Below the pieces are notes generated by a model. That model was not told where the DNA came from. It saw only the letters and a program-made list of their open reading frames with translations, and ran no database searches. A DNA stretch of 64,000 bases from a virus. The position numbers were made by a program, and so were the translations under genes. The stretch lies in the IMG/VR virus record IMGVR_UViG_3300046777_000988, positions 3,869 to 67,868 of that record. One strand, written 5' to 3'. Positions 21,701 through 30,884 of this stretch are shown piece by piece (positions within the stretch are counted from its first letter, which is position 1; each line of letters opens with the position of its first letter).

Positions 21701-22351
21701 GCATTGGCGCAAAGAGGCCCGTATGCCGCATTCACTAAACCTTTGTTTGACGCATCTAAAGACGGACGAGTGACTGAGGAGCTTGCAAGTCAGGCTGGAT
21801 TCTTTGGTAAGACATTCATTCCAGTTCTTGGTTCATCGCTCGCTAGAAACATATCTGACTTGTTTAACGATCCGGTTGACCGTTCATCTATCGAAGGCGC
21901 GATCTACGCTAACACGCCAGTTGTTGGACCTTGGCTTGGAACGAAAGCATTGAACGCTCTAGGCCAACCAATCCGCGCTGATGACTGGGGCGATAAGCTA
22001 TTCAAGTTAGGCGTTCCAGTTGTATTCTCCTTCCCGAAGGAAACTCCGATGAATGAACTGAACGAGCTTATCCTAAAGCAGGGTAGCGGACCTACGATTC
22101 CAACAAGAGCTAACGCACAAAAGAGATTCGGCGATATTCTCACAGACAAAGAGTTTGAAACATATGTGCGTGAATACGGACGGGTTATGTCTGACAAGAT
22201 GTTCAAGAGCAGAACTAAACTTGCAAACATGAAGCCAGCAGACTACGATGATGAGCTTGAAAAATACGCAAGAGGATATTCTATCGACGGCATTAAGATC
22301 AAAGGTGCGTCAGATTCAGCAGTCCTTGCGGTCAAGCGCATGAGACAATGA
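15770..22351 (+). CDS. giant polyvalent/ejection protein (2193 aa) with Gly-zipper segments and a zincin motif
   Basis: Gly/Ala-rich hydrophobic N-terminal region, P/A/E/T linker, AAYNP...IEIN...SHELGH...EEAE, helical C-terminal region. Confidence 0.8.
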   Translation: MPITFLDEEEDITPLAPPTKRKITFLDEEETEIAPTTPQVAQPAVTQPSQYKYDPARFRPKGLVAPKAEQEIGTLEGIANAARNAFDSSRQALDIVGDVTPEEAQNIAKIEFDKQSRKLAPGYDEYQKAEGFDAVLAFAKNPIEVTSNIVAEGLAGSLPALGAGLAAGGVGAAIGAPTGIGAPIGFTAGQVAGTFAGSLATEYGSKILEEMQEGGVDLTKPESIQGFFENEEAVAKARDKAISRGIPVAAFDAISAGIGGKLGRVIGKQFLTKTGEAAAELGVQAGLGGGGEVAGALVAGEPIEGKAVFGEIIGEAGPGAAEIITGRMADRAARVKAEEDAKIKAAAQLSDNLEQNSAPLTAAAVKSTTATTIEQDKLAAQLEEQLDADEIASQVSGQLAVTKEPTAAPPAIKSKEEFTAIYSQVAPEELDAAEAGFTNTLATAATEEARANAQNALEAIKEVKATVTPPAPTVEPTITPAVTPAVPTAQPPTPDATQEIIQPEGVRQEPQDRVEGETPAETIARNRIFGAARGQEEGQVAPTPQPIISEIPPTSELVGAEPTQPTIREVPEISPIVGAEPAAIVEQEPVAPAEPAVARPSIISEASRITNELKQRWEQTAPEDRRETFNWTSRAEVELENLIGNLAGNQNAAARQNLIEEITGTKPTRQNSAIKNVRQAIRGYLQANPLQETAAPTTEAAAQPAPKGVTQVAGVPPLVKELATAVRESAAQLRARISNVKMGPIEGNVETFTFDLDGQTYRGELKGRNRNLVLGANPTADAAIATRVLLDKNATPITPVTTPPVTEAVTPAAEAAPTPAGISVGNRVKSGRDPKVYVVEEVLPQTEAEQREGDYSVMLRDEKSGTIEKYPFSVRGLKSLGAKKPPLPKKLARSGATSYDFSPRNALAADQQISKEQIIANVQKVFEGVPAENIEVTNEPYPDGEYGYVAAYNPNTNKIEINQAYYTLDDDIDAKVSHELGHYLYQDPRWKKAFARLYKKLTPTSKKKLDAFLEQVYADYESGDFNEEAEIRAFDRFLKEAPDNRNLFQKFIDEILDFVTDALSVFSPYFKTLARDPRRIARNIALISSERFKAGEVIEGVDTTIEPEELRLARAVESRKEQVGGAEREETRYITTPKGILSMNTDVLREKFFDGTSVSPEKTTQAWGYISRLLDIKSGNANELAGEINDTIDADLLAKREAAIAAGEKVDPEEDVSKRIGAAMFSVELMNYAGRLAEQGDTRMLKFMIRNVNSMPTDKYAGDISDAARALRTRLEYDVSGFSAYTTEQKAKVDRTAAVMFGTNKPSKEQSDAVKDAIDESEKTELGNAGEVAGEVEKVEKRTKRKITDKIEKVIGKGSLKGMIQAVKDTPLEKQQERGWIEKVVNDFLINAGLSPEAASTASKLYESLIAERFAAAKQKAFEDNLKKAAPWKNYAARNSRLAKDALNKVQAAIRTGVLDPEKNTESIIAAESGWSGFTKDQYQRIVQLDSIINDPKQDDVTRREAMADLNKVISDAKLPVRFKDALGAYYVGNALMGIPTLTVNIASPIGFTVRNLMTDVSKFAFTDPARIPVAFETFMESMRSWYDQTSYAFKNQIYLNDVVEYLQGQNVLRELFDKGKKQWSEGKYAEGFVNMAVGMTQITGRVLSSLDQGAISMLENQNITRYALEALANTKGKVPKDKLKEFANMVIDTRRKTIAENIANGMSRDRAGVLADLAVKSEVISALAQYDVNPMNVLDSSINDALQSVGRNKTLTIKGIEQSQKNISDEGFMSYWPIKLLEMVSAGAGREGSSMQIFAKMLYGFALVPARVFHNVAWFSPYGFIRLGVDKYKKNKGEDSPYAMSLQTEAQYKQRLTDAIAGSVAMLGLAALSSASTDEDEDKKFKIVITGNGPSATTDKQYFDSWMKKWKPYSVHIVVNGNIIPINIGRGGEALFFPIMLAGALDDWKIKQKQNLTKKEPEDLSAIAQMLGSSFFALAQRGPYAAFTKPLFDASKDGRVTEELASQAGFFGKTFIPVLGSSLARNISDLFNDPVDRSSIEGAIYANTPVVGPWLGTKALNALGQPIRADDWGDKLFKLGVPVVFSFPKETPMNELNELILKQGSGPTIPTRANAQKRFGDILTDKEFETYVREYGRVMSDKMFKSRTKLANMKPADYDDELEKYARGYSIDGIKIKGASDSAVLAVKRMRQ
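17253..17390 (+). CDS. small basic protein nested in the +1 frame of the giant gene
   Basis: MPLKKSSSQKAFVKNLKTELKAKRPLKQSLAIAYSVQREAKKKGK, preceded by an A/C-rich leader. Confidence 0.7.
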   Translation: MPLKKSSSQKAFVKNLKTELKAKRPLKQSLAIAYSVQREAKKKGK

Positions 22352-22980
22352 TCGAATACGAGTTTATAGATATGTCAGACTCTCCTCCCGGCGGATGGAA
22401 GATTAAAGTTCCAAAGACCGGAGTTGAGTTTAAGCACTACGACTTCCGCGCTATCAGCAACGCATACAAGTCACACTGCAATGCTAACGGGATATTGCTT
22501 TCTCCTAACTGGCAGGAAGAGTTCCTGTCAGAGATGTGCAAGCAGAACCAGCATTGGGGTAGGAAGTGCAGACCAGCGGTAGCCAATAGCCTGAAGAGAA
22601 GGCGGCTCTCTTTAACCGCTGTATTGTCATTCCTAAACATGCTCAGAGCTTGGGCGCAATCAACGCTATCAGGCAAAGATGCATTCGTTCCTCAAGAGGA
22701 GGCAGAGAGAAGGGCTGGCATTTGCGCTAATTGCCCGTTTAACACAACTCTACAGTTCTCCTGCGGTGCTTGCATGGGAGCAGTCCTGACGCTTATACAC
22801 GGCATCCTCGGCAAAAGAAAGACGCAATACGACAGCAGCCTTGGAGCCTGTCTAATCTGTTCCTGTTCGCTTAAAGCTGCCGTGCATGTCCCGGTTGATG
22901 TGCAGCGAGAGGGATTGAGCGAGGAACTGAAGAACGACTTTGACGAAATCAAATACTGCTGGAAGAGAGTTGAGAAATGA
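22348..22980 (+). CDS. Cys-rich protein with N-terminal PPGGW module
   Basis: PPGGWKI; RRAGICANCP...CGAC...CLICSCSLKA...CW. Confidence 0.75.
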   Translation: MIEYEFIDMSDSPPGGWKIKVPKTGVEFKHYDFRAISNAYKSHCNANGILLSPNWQEEFLSEMCKQNQHWGRKCRPAVANSLKRRRLSLTAVLSFLNMLRAWAQSTLSGKDAFVPQEEAERRAGICANCPFNTTLQFSCGACMGAVLTLIHGILGKRKTQYDSSLGACLICSCSLKAAVHVPVDVQREGLSEELKNDFDEIKYCWKRVEK

Positions 22981-23924
22981 ATTTTCTACATGAACGAGAC
23001 TTTGGCGACATCATACTAAGCCTATCGGTGGTTCAAGCTGCTGGAGGCGGCAACTACTACATTCAAAACAATCCAAATGCAGTCAGGATGCTCAAGCCCC
23101 TGATAGAACTGCAACCATATATCAACAAGTGTAGCGAAAAGAATCTGCTGAGAATAGATAAGTCGTTCGTTGAATTTAGGAGTCAGGGATTACCTTGGGG
23201 TGTTCAGCTTGCAGAGCTTCACGCTAGATGGGTTAAACAACCTACAGATTTCTCAAAGCCTTGGCTATCCGCTCCAAAAGACAACAAGTTCAAAGGCAGG
23301 ATTATTGTTAACAAGACACAGCGATACGCTAACCCGATATTCCCTTGGACAGAACTTGTGAAGTTAATCGGAGGCAGGATGCTATTCGTAGGACACGATC
23401 ACGAATATGAGTTGTTCTGCAAGAGATTCGGCAAAGTCGAAAGGCTCGTCATCAAAGACTACCTAGAGCTTGCTATTGCTATCAATAGCTCGGACTGCTT
23501 CATCGGAAATCAAAGCTCATCGAACTGCGTTGCGGAGGGACTAAAGCATAGAACGATTCAAGAAGTCTGCTTGTGGCAACCGGATTGTATCTATAAACGA
23601 GACAACGCTACATTCTGCTACGATGGCACGATCAATACGAATGTTGCAGGAACTAGTATAAAACTGCAAAGCGGCCTATTGGTTACAACGGTAAACAAGG
23701 CTCAAACTCCTGCTGGTAACTGGAAGCTAACAGTAAACGGCAAGACGATTAAGAGCTATGCGATAGATGCGCTAGTCATCGAGGCGCAGAGCAAAGGCGT
23801 TACAGGAACAAAGCTGGAGATCGAAGATATGATCGTTAAAGAGACGCTGCCAAGCATCACCGGAAACAATGTATCTGAACGACTGGCTCACGATATTCAA
23901 CGAGTTAAAGACCTAATAGGATGA
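22977..23924 (+). CDS. glycosyltransferase, GT9-like (paralog of 5380)
   Basis: HERDFGDIILSL; DYLELAIAINSSDCFIGNQSS; DCIY.R.N.T.C shared with 5380. Confidence 0.75.
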   Translation: MNFLHERDFGDIILSLSVVQAAGGGNYYIQNNPNAVRMLKPLIELQPYINKCSEKNLLRIDKSFVEFRSQGLPWGVQLAELHARWVKQPTDFSKPWLSAPKDNKFKGRIIVNKTQRYANPIFPWTELVKLIGGRMLFVGHDHEYELFCKRFGKVERLVIKDYLELAIAINSSDCFIGNQSSSNCVAEGLKHRTIQEVCLWQPDCIYKRDNATFCYDGTINTNVAGTSIKLQSGLLVTTVNKAQTPAGNWKLTVNGKTIKSYAIDALVIEAQSKGVTGTKLEIEDMIVKETLPSITGNNVSERLAHDIQRVKDLIG

Positions 23925-24499
23925 ACGAAGCTAGTAAGGCAATGCGCCGAAGACTGATTGAGGATGAACTAGGCATCTTCAACTGGAGCGAGATATTTAC
24001 AGGTAACGGGATTGATGTAGGCTGCGGTCCTGACAAGATTTGGTATGATAGTTGCAGGGCATTTGATCTTGAGCATGGAGACGCCAATGTTATCTCGAAA
24101 TACTTCTCCAACAAGTTCGACTACCTCCACGCCTCGCAGTGCTTGGAACACATGCACAATCCGTTTGAGGCTATCGTAGAGTGGCTGAAGATCGTAAAGA
24201 GTGGGGGACACGCAGTTGTATCAATTCCAGACTGGGTTCTATACGAAGGCAGAGTATGGCCCTCACGCTACAATCCAGATCACAAAAGCACATGGAGCTT
24301 CACGCATGAGTCAAGTCCTGCAAAGCATCATGTCTATATCCCAAAGTTCTTGGAACACATCAAGCCATACGCATACGCTAAGAGGGCTATGCTAATTGAC
24401 AATAATTACAACTACACACTAAGCAAAGACACCGACCAGACATTTGTAGAAGCAAATGGAGTTGAGGCATTTATCGAGTTAGTTCTATGCAAGCTGTAA
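23921..24499 (+). CDS. class I SAM-dependent methyltransferase
   Basis: GIDVGCG, FDYLHASQCLEH, W.KIVKSGG. Confidence 0.9.
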   Translation: MNEASKAMRRRLIEDELGIFNWSEIFTGNGIDVGCGPDKIWYDSCRAFDLEHGDANVISKYFSNKFDYLHASQCLEHMHNPFEAIVEWLKIVKSGGHAVVSIPDWVLYEGRVWPSRYNPDHKSTWSFTHESSPAKHHVYIPKFLEHIKPYAYAKRAMLIDNNYNYTLSKDTDQTFVEANGVEAFIELVLCKL

Positions 24500-25044
24500 T
24501 AGTTCGCGCTAAACGGCAAGCAAAGGAAGTCGATAAACTTGTTAAGCACTGCAAGAGATTGGATGGAACGAGAGTCCTAGTCATTGACGCTTGCGACAAA
24601 GTTACTTCATACCCAGAGCGGAACAATCACGCACTACATCAGGCATTCGGAGTGATGAAGGATAAGCCTTTCGTTTGGCTGGAGCCTGACAGCATTCCGA
24701 TAAAGAAAGACTGGATGCGAGAGTTGGAAGCTGAATACATCAAGCTAAGAAAACCAATCATGCTATCCAGCGACTCCAATCCTCCGCACGATCTTATCGG
24801 AGGCATCGGGGTGTATGGCGGAATAGCTCGAAAGCTAATACCAGTTGGCATCGAAAAGATCGGATGGGATGGATGGATTATCAATCACATCAAACCACTG
24901 GTATCATTCACATCGCTGATCCAGCATTCATACGGAGATTACTCCAGAGGATGCCAGCCTCACATGTTCCCTAGAGACAATAGGATGATACGAAGTAATT
25001 CAGTGATCTTCCACAGAGACAAGTTTCAGGGTCTTATTGTTTAA
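24487..25044 (+). CDS. GT-A-like putative glycosyltransferase
   Basis: FVWLEPDSIP..KDW...LE.EY, GIGVY, IFH.DK; similar to 27277. Confidence 0.5.
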   Translation: MQAVIVRAKRQAKEVDKLVKHCKRLDGTRVLVIDACDKVTSYPERNNHALHQAFGVMKDKPFVWLEPDSIPIKKDWMRELEAEYIKLRKPIMLSSDSNPPHDLIGGIGVYGGIARKLIPVGIEKIGWDGWIINHIKPLVSFTSLIQHSYGDYSRGCQPHMFPRDNRMIRSNSVIFHRDKFQGLIV

Positions 25045-26837
25045 CCGTAAACTGCCTTAAACTTGCTGAAGCATTGCTTCCAGCCTTTGCTATCAGACTT
25101 GTTATTAGGATTAAGAGCCTTTGTCGCAGTTGTGCTATCTAGGTTCAGACGCTCTCTTGCAAGAGCTAGAAGCCCCATCCCTGCGTCCGCAATGTCAGGA
25201 GAGATACCGAACCGCTGCTTCATCTCAGACTTAGGTAGAACCTTGATGCGTAAGGCGAGATTCTTTTCTCCGTTCGGATCAAGTTTCCGCATACACATCT
25301 CTCGCATCAGATCGTCACCAATCCCTTTGACCTGACCAGTCCGCATATATTCCTTCGCGGAATACCAAATCTCAGAGACAGAGTTCACATACCTATCGTG
25401 AGACGGAGTGGGATCGTAGGCCGATACGGGCTTATCAGATGCCCTGCCACCGAACTGCAATCCGTAAACATCCTTCGACCAAGCTACCGAGATGAAGTCA
25501 CCTAACGGTCCACCAGCGCCAGACTTATCGTAGCCTGCGTTTCTAGGTTGAACTCCCCTAGCCAAGCATTCATTACGGAACCATTGCACAACCTGCTGTG
25601 ATCTCGTCATGGATTGGTCGGTGACATCTTCTTGGAAGATTAGATACTCGTCATACTCCAGCCCCTTGTATCCATGCGGCTCTGCGAGTTTGCCTACAGT
25701 CCCGAAGTAGAGAACGGTTCTATCGCCACCATTCGTGAATGATGGATCGAGGAACGCAACCTTAACCTTCTCGTTATCCAGCCATACAGCCTTATCAGTT
25801 GCCTTAGAATTTAGTATCTCTATTTCTGAGTAAATCTGATCGGTAATTCCTGCTGGACACCAGAATCCGCGATACATACGCCAGAACGATGCTGTATTCC
25901 TAGCCTCCTCTGGAATCTTCTCAAAGTCTGCCGGACCTTCCATCCAAGAATAAATCTTCTTCTTGGCAATCATGTTCGGGTTCTTGACGCCATCGAAGTG
26001 CAAGCATACTCCGCGAACCGTATCCCACTGATCGTCTTCAACGGTAATTGATTCCCAGCCATCTTTAGGCTTGGCGAACTTACCGAATGCGTCCACATAC
26101 GAGGCAGGGTTAGAGATGCCGATGAACTGGAAGCGTTCGCAACCTTTGGACAAGTTGAAGAACGCAACCTCGGTGATAGCCTCAGATAGCTCTGAAAGCT
26201 CGTCAGCAACGAAGATGACATTCTTGTTGTGGATACCCTGCATCTTACCTGTAGCGTCACGCTCCTTCTTCTTCTCGCCGGGAATGAGAACGATGCCCGA
26301 TAGGTCAGATCGCTTGCCGTCTTTCGCTACAAAGCTGATCTTATTCTCTGAATCCACCAGCTTGCCGGGTAAACCTAGTTGCTCGCATACTCCCCAGTAT
26401 TTCGTGATCTTACCCCAGATACGCTGCTTGGATGCTTTGATCGTAGTGGAGGTAGCGAGGACCGTTGTATTCTCAGGATCGGCTAGGTAATTCACAATAG
26501 CCCAGATTGCGTAAGCCTCCGACTTACCGCAGCCACCAGAGCCAGCAATAGCTAGGTATTCGTGATCGCAGGCTGCTCGGATCATTCGCTCTGCCCAAGG
26601 ATGCCAGATGAAATTAACCGCTGCCTTGCTGTCTTTCTCAGGCCAGAGAGCGATAGCGATTCGCTTGAAGTGATGGAATATATCGTATCCGCCAGTATCC
26701 TTCGGAATGCGACCCTTAATCTTTTCACGGAACATCGCAAGCTCGATAGCTATTTGATGTGTTCCTTTCTTCCAGTTGAACCCGTATAAATGAAGATAAC
26801 CCTCGATTGGATCACCGTAAATTGGTGCTGAAGTCAT
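25041..26837 (-). CDS. terL: terminase large subunit
   Basis: Walker A GSGGCGKS, Walker B IFVADE, ISNP, RNase-H-like FLDPS, YD, SPDIADA. Confidence 0.92.
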   Translation of the reverse strand: MTSAPIYGDPIEGYLHLYGFNWKKGTHQIAIELAMFREKIKGRIPKDTGGYDIFHHFKRIAIALWPEKDSKAAVNFIWHPWAERMIRAACDHEYLAIAGSGGCGKSEAYAIWAIVNYLADPENTTVLATSTTIKASKQRIWGKITKYWGVCEQLGLPGKLVDSENKISFVAKDGKRSDLSGIVLIPGEKKKERDATGKMQGIHNKNVIFVADELSELSEAITEVAFFNLSKGCERFQFIGISNPASYVDAFGKFAKPKDGWESITVEDDQWDTVRGVCLHFDGVKNPNMIAKKKIYSWMEGPADFEKIPEEARNTASFWRMYRGFWCPAGITDQIYSEIEILNSKATDKAVWLDNEKVKVAFLDPSFTNGGDRTVLYFGTVGKLAEPHGYKGLEYDEYLIFQEDVTDQSMTRSQQVVQWFRNECLARGVQPRNAGYDKSGAGGPLGDFISVAWSKDVYGLQFGGRASDKPVSAYDPTPSHDRYVNSVSEIWYSAKEYMRTGQVKGIGDDLMREMCMRKLDPNGEKNLALRIKVLPKSEMKQRFGISPDIADAGMGLLALARERLNLDSTTATKALNPNNKSDSKGWKQCFSKFKAVYG

Positions 26838-26845
26838 TCCTGTTT

Positions 26846-26908
26846 ATTTTACAAAAATATAAAACTCTTTCAATTATTTCTTGCAAATAAGTCATCTTAT
26901 AGTAATCT
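26846..26908. promoter_or_regulatory. divergent sigma70-type promoter pair
   Basis: Minus strand TTGAAA-N16-TAAAAT (26846-26873), 8 nt before the terL ATG; plus strand TTGCAA-N16-TAATCT (26881-26908), 7 nt before GTG 26916. Confidence 0.6.
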
Positions 26909-26915
26909 GGATTTA

Positions 26916-27272
26916 GTGATGAACATACTTGGTGATTTTCTTTTCAAGAAAACAAACGCAGAACTTTATATTGACGAGCATCGCCCGTCCGTTGTATTTG
27001 ATGTAATTGTTAGACCCGAAGATTATGTCAATGGAACAAACAATCACCCTACAAAGTCTCCTCTTGCTTTGGCTCTGCAAAGGTCACTTGACGGAACTTC
27101 GTATCGGGTGGAAAGAGCGGGTCTTAAAGCTCTCGTTATTTCTCGCGGTATTTACCAGTTTGCTTTCTTTATGCCTCGGCGGGTGTGGAGGAAGGTAAGC
27201 TGCCTAGAGTTCGGCGATAACCCGCCATCCTCGCCTATCAAGTTCACCGCTGAATTTGAGATGATTTTTTAA
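26916..27272 (+). CDS. hypothetical protein
   Basis: 118-aa ORF directly after the promoter. Confidence 0.65.
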   Translation: MMNILGDFLFKKTNAELYIDEHRPSVVFDVIVRPEDYVNGTNNHPTKSPLALALQRSLDGTSYRVERAGLKALVISRGIYQFAFFMPRRVWRKVSCLEFGDNPPSSPIKFTAEFEMIF

Positions 27273-27276
27273 TTCT

Positions 27277-28242
27277 ATGAAGCTAGTTATACCTGTATCC
27301 AAGCACGACCGTCATTTGATCCCCAGTTTTGTCAAATGCCTAGATAAATTCCCAATGGGAACTGAGCATGATCTTTTGATTATCGGCTCAAAGGAAAACG
27401 AAGAAGTCATCCTAGATTTCGAGAAGCAGATCAAGCATCTGTTCGACTCCTCGGAAACTCATATCATTGCAGACACGATGCTGGGTTGGCCGATGTCCTG
27501 TAACTTCTACTTCCAGCAGGCTTGCGTTCATATCCGCAAGGACAAAGAGCTGGATGCTTTCATGTGGTTTGAGTTGGATACAGTTCCCGTTAAGGAGGGC
27601 TGGCTTGATCTAATCTCTTTCGAGTATTACTCAGATACAACTAGGGCCGTTAAGGAGAAGCGCGATCCGATGATTTACATGGGAGCCAAGGAGCGAGTCT
27701 ATGAAGGCAAGAATGGCGAGCTAGTTCCTGAGTCTGTGGCTGGTCACAAGATGGCGCAGGTTGGAGTGTATTCCACAGAAATATGCGATGCACCTGTATT
27801 GAATTCCTTGTCTATGACTACACGGCATTGGACGCATGTAATCCAATGGTATGTCGTTAAGGAGTTAAAGGATTCTCCGCTAATTCAAAACAATTGGCGA
27901 ACAAAAAATTATCGCTATTCTAGCGGACAAATAGTATGTGATTCTGTAGCCAATTTAGCTTGGGATGTTCATTGGAACAAAGCCGTAAACGAGGACGCAG
28001 TTCTAGTTCACGGATGTAAAGATGACTCGCTTGTTAAGTTGTTGTTGAACAATAATAGCAATGAGGATATGAAGATTGCAACGAACTTGACAGTTGAGGA
28101 AGCAGAAGAGATCGCCGATGACATTGAGGATAAGGTTGAAATAACCGAATCTGAACTTGATAGGAAACTAAAGATTTACCAAAAGCGACTCGCCAACTTA
28201 AAGTTCTTCCAAAAGAAAACCCCACAGGAAGAAAATAAATGA
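27277..28242 (+). CDS. GT-A-like putative glycosyltransferase
   Basis: LVIPVS..D, FMWFELDTVP...W, VGVY, LVHGCKD; similar to 24487. Confidence 0.55.
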   Translation: MKLVIPVSKHDRHLIPSFVKCLDKFPMGTEHDLLIIGSKENEEVILDFEKQIKHLFDSSETHIIADTMLGWPMSCNFYFQQACVHIRKDKELDAFMWFELDTVPVKEGWLDLISFEYYSDTTRAVKEKRDPMIYMGAKERVYEGKNGELVPESVAGHKMAQVGVYSTEICDAPVLNSLSMTTRHWTHVIQWYVVKELKDSPLIQNNWRTKNYRYSSGQIVCDSVANLAWDVHWNKAVNEDAVLVHGCKDDSLVKLLLNNNSNEDMKIATNLTVEEAEEIADDIEDKVEITESELDRKLKIYQKRLANLKFFQKKTPQEENK

Positions 28243-30548
28243 GCGATAGACTAGAAACACTTTCAGCTAACGGGAAGCCTCCGGTATCCCGCATTAAGGA
28301 CGCTAAATCAGCCTATGAGATTTGGGAGACTCTACGACGAGCGGATGCCGTCTCGGCATTTGACCGCAGCAAAATTGATGCTGCATACGACAATGAAAGA
28401 CCTTACGACGAACGCGCCCTCATCAATGCTGGGCAGTCTTATCGGGTTAATGTATCGTGGGGCTTTGCAAAGCAAGTATTGGATACTGCGCTTGCTGGTT
28501 ATGTAGATGTCATCAATGCACCGCAGACATTCTTCCGTTGTCCTACACTTTACGGCACTCAGACGGAGCGTGACGAACTAGAGCAAGTCGTAGCCCAAGA
28601 GGTAACGGCAGCTATCCGTTCTTGGCGTAACTTTTTCCCAACCTACCTCAAGCTCTGCAATAGCTTCATCAAGCATGGAGTTGGCATTGCTTTGTTCAAC
28701 GACGAATGGGATTGGCGTTGGAAGGCTACGGATATGTCCGACTTTAAGATTCCCCGCAAAACGGAGATCGGTCAGGACAACATTGATGTAGCCGCCTGCT
28801 TGCGTTTCTACAGCCCTACTCAGCTTTATCAGTTGATTAAGGACGAAGAGACGGCAAAGATCAACGGATTCAACATCGAGGCTTGCCGCAGGGCTATCAT
28901 CTCCTCTGTCAATAATAACAACAATTATTACAACTTCCGCCAGTATGACTGGGAGAAGCTGGAGATGGAGCTTCGCAACAACGACTTGTTCTTCACGACT
29001 CAAGCTGCGAACCAACAGTCAATTCGCGTTGTCCACCTGTGGGTAACTGAGTTCGACAACCGTGTATCGCACTACATGATTAACGACGACAACGGAGTGC
29101 AAGACTTCCTGTTTAAGAAGATCGGTAGATTTGAGAATGCCTACCAAGCCTACACCGTATTCACCTACGGAGTAGGAACTAACGGATACTATCACGGTGT
29201 TCGCGGCCAAGGCTACGATGTATTCGCTATCAACGGTGCGTTAAACCGTGCGTATTGCTCTTTGCTGGAGATTGCATCCTTCGGAAGTGCGCCTACATTC
29301 CAACCTAAAGATGAGACCGCTTTGCAGGAAATGCAGTTCATCCCGAATGGAGTCTATAATTTGCTTTCTCCGGGAATTGATGTCATTAAGGATACTATAG
29401 TTCCCAATGTATCTAACGGAACTCTGCCGATTGTTAGTGCATTCACACAGTTATTCCGCGAAAGAACATCTGCATACAATACGGAATCTCTTATCAATAC
29501 ATCCGTAGAGAAGTCTGCTACACAAGTGCGCGCTGAACTTAGCAATATTGCTAAGATGAGCGTGTCAGCTTTGAATCTTTTCTTCGATCCTTGGGAGTCT
29601 TTGGTTCGTGAGATGATCCGCAGAATGAAGCGGAAAGACTACGATGCTCAAGAGCCGGGAGGAAAGTATATCATCGAACTACACAAGCGTCTCCTGCAAA
29701 GAGGTGCAGAAGGATTCGGTGCTAAAGATCGTTACCTCCAAGCATTCTTCGCTCTGGATGTGGACCGTCTTCGCGTTACGAAGCCCGTAGGCGCGGGATC
29801 AGAAGCAGCCCGCATGGTTGCCTTTGATCGCCTCATGGGAATCTTTGGTAGCCTTCCTGACTACGGAAAGCAGAACCTTATCTGGGACATTGCTTCCGAG
29901 ACCGCTGGATACGAGAACGCAGCTAGATATGCGATCCAACCCGGCGAGTCTGACAAGCCAACGGTTGACGCTTCTATCGCTCAACTCGAAAACAACTCTC
30001 TATTGGCAGGCGGTCAGGTTGCAGTGCTGGACGGACAGAACGATCTCGTCCACGCCAAGATTCACCTTGAAGTTCTCACGCCAATGGTTACGCAGGCTCA
30101 AGAGTTGCTTGAGCTTGATCCTATGCAGTTGGCTCCGATGCTTGAAGGAATCAACGCACTTAACGGACATGTCGCACAGCATGTCGAAAAACTCTCGCAA
30201 GACCCAGCGATGCGTCAGGAAGCAGCGTTCTATCGTAAGACGCTACAAAACGCAGACGAAATCTTGCATAACGGAACGCTAAAAGTTCAGAAACTTATGG
30301 CGGAACAACAGCAGTCTGCTATGATGGGGCAGATGCAAGGAGAGGATTTGGCGCAAGGTCCGCAGATTGACCCAGCCACGCTTGCTAAAATCGAGGCGCA
30401 ACGAGCCGAGCGGCAGGCGAAACTTGAGATGGATGTGCAGATACATCAGCAGAAGATGATTATGCGCCAGCAGGAAGCATCTCAAAAACTAGCAATCCGT
30501 GATGCGGAAGCTGCTAGCAAAATCCAATCGACAGGTATTAGAATATGA
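28239..30548 (+). CDS. portal protein
   Basis: 769 aa with a Q/M-rich coiled C-terminal barrel, immediately upstream of scaffold and capsid. Confidence 0.75.
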   Translation: MSDRLETLSANGKPPVSRIKDAKSAYEIWETLRRADAVSAFDRSKIDAAYDNERPYDERALINAGQSYRVNVSWGFAKQVLDTALAGYVDVINAPQTFFRCPTLYGTQTERDELEQVVAQEVTAAIRSWRNFFPTYLKLCNSFIKHGVGIALFNDEWDWRWKATDMSDFKIPRKTEIGQDNIDVAACLRFYSPTQLYQLIKDEETAKINGFNIEACRRAIISSVNNNNNYYNFRQYDWEKLEMELRNNDLFFTTQAANQQSIRVVHLWVTEFDNRVSHYMINDDNGVQDFLFKKIGRFENAYQAYTVFTYGVGTNGYYHGVRGQGYDVFAINGALNRAYCSLLEIASFGSAPTFQPKDETALQEMQFIPNGVYNLLSPGIDVIKDTIVPNVSNGTLPIVSAFTQLFRERTSAYNTESLINTSVEKSATQVRAELSNIAKMSVSALNLFFDPWESLVREMIRRMKRKDYDAQEPGGKYIIELHKRLLQRGAEGFGAKDRYLQAFFALDVDRLRVTKPVGAGSEAARMVAFDRLMGIFGSLPDYGKQNLIWDIASETAGYENAARYAIQPGESDKPTVDASIAQLENNSLLAGGQVAVLDGQNDLVHAKIHLEVLTPMVTQAQELLELDPMQLAPMLEGINALNGHVAQHVEKLSQDPAMRQEAAFYRKTLQNADEILHNGTLKVQKLMAEQQQSAMMGQMQGEDLAQGPQIDPATLAKIEAQRAERQAKLEMDVQIHQQKMIMRQQEASQKLAIRDAEAASKIQSTGIRI

Positions 30549-30880
30549 CACAAAGACAACTATTCCAACTGAACGCAGAAAAGGTATCGCAACTAGAGCA
30601 ACTGCTGGATAACCAAGTTCTAAAGGAAGCATTCGTTATTGTTAGACAAGAATGCACTCCGAAAGCTCCTACAGATATTGAAGCTGCAAAGTCTATTGGA
30701 GCAGAAGAATTTCAAAGCAAATTAACTTCACTGACCAAAGTAAATCAGAAGAAGTTGAATGACTTGGATAAAGAATATATTATCCAAGCTCGCAGAAAAC
30801 TTTTGTCCACGGGGTTATATACCGAGGATGAAATCATGGAAGCTGAGAGGCTTTCGCAGTCAAACAATCAACAGGAGTAA
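30545..30880 (+). CDS. hypothetical protein (post-portal)
   Basis: Start overlaps the portal stop. Confidence 0.7.
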   Translation: MTQRQLFQLNAEKVSQLEQLLDNQVLKEAFVIVRQECTPKAPTDIEAAKSIGAEEFQSKLTSLTKVNQKKLNDLDKEYIIQARRKLLSTGLYTEDEIMEAERLSQSNNQQE

Positions 30881-30884
30881 TATT

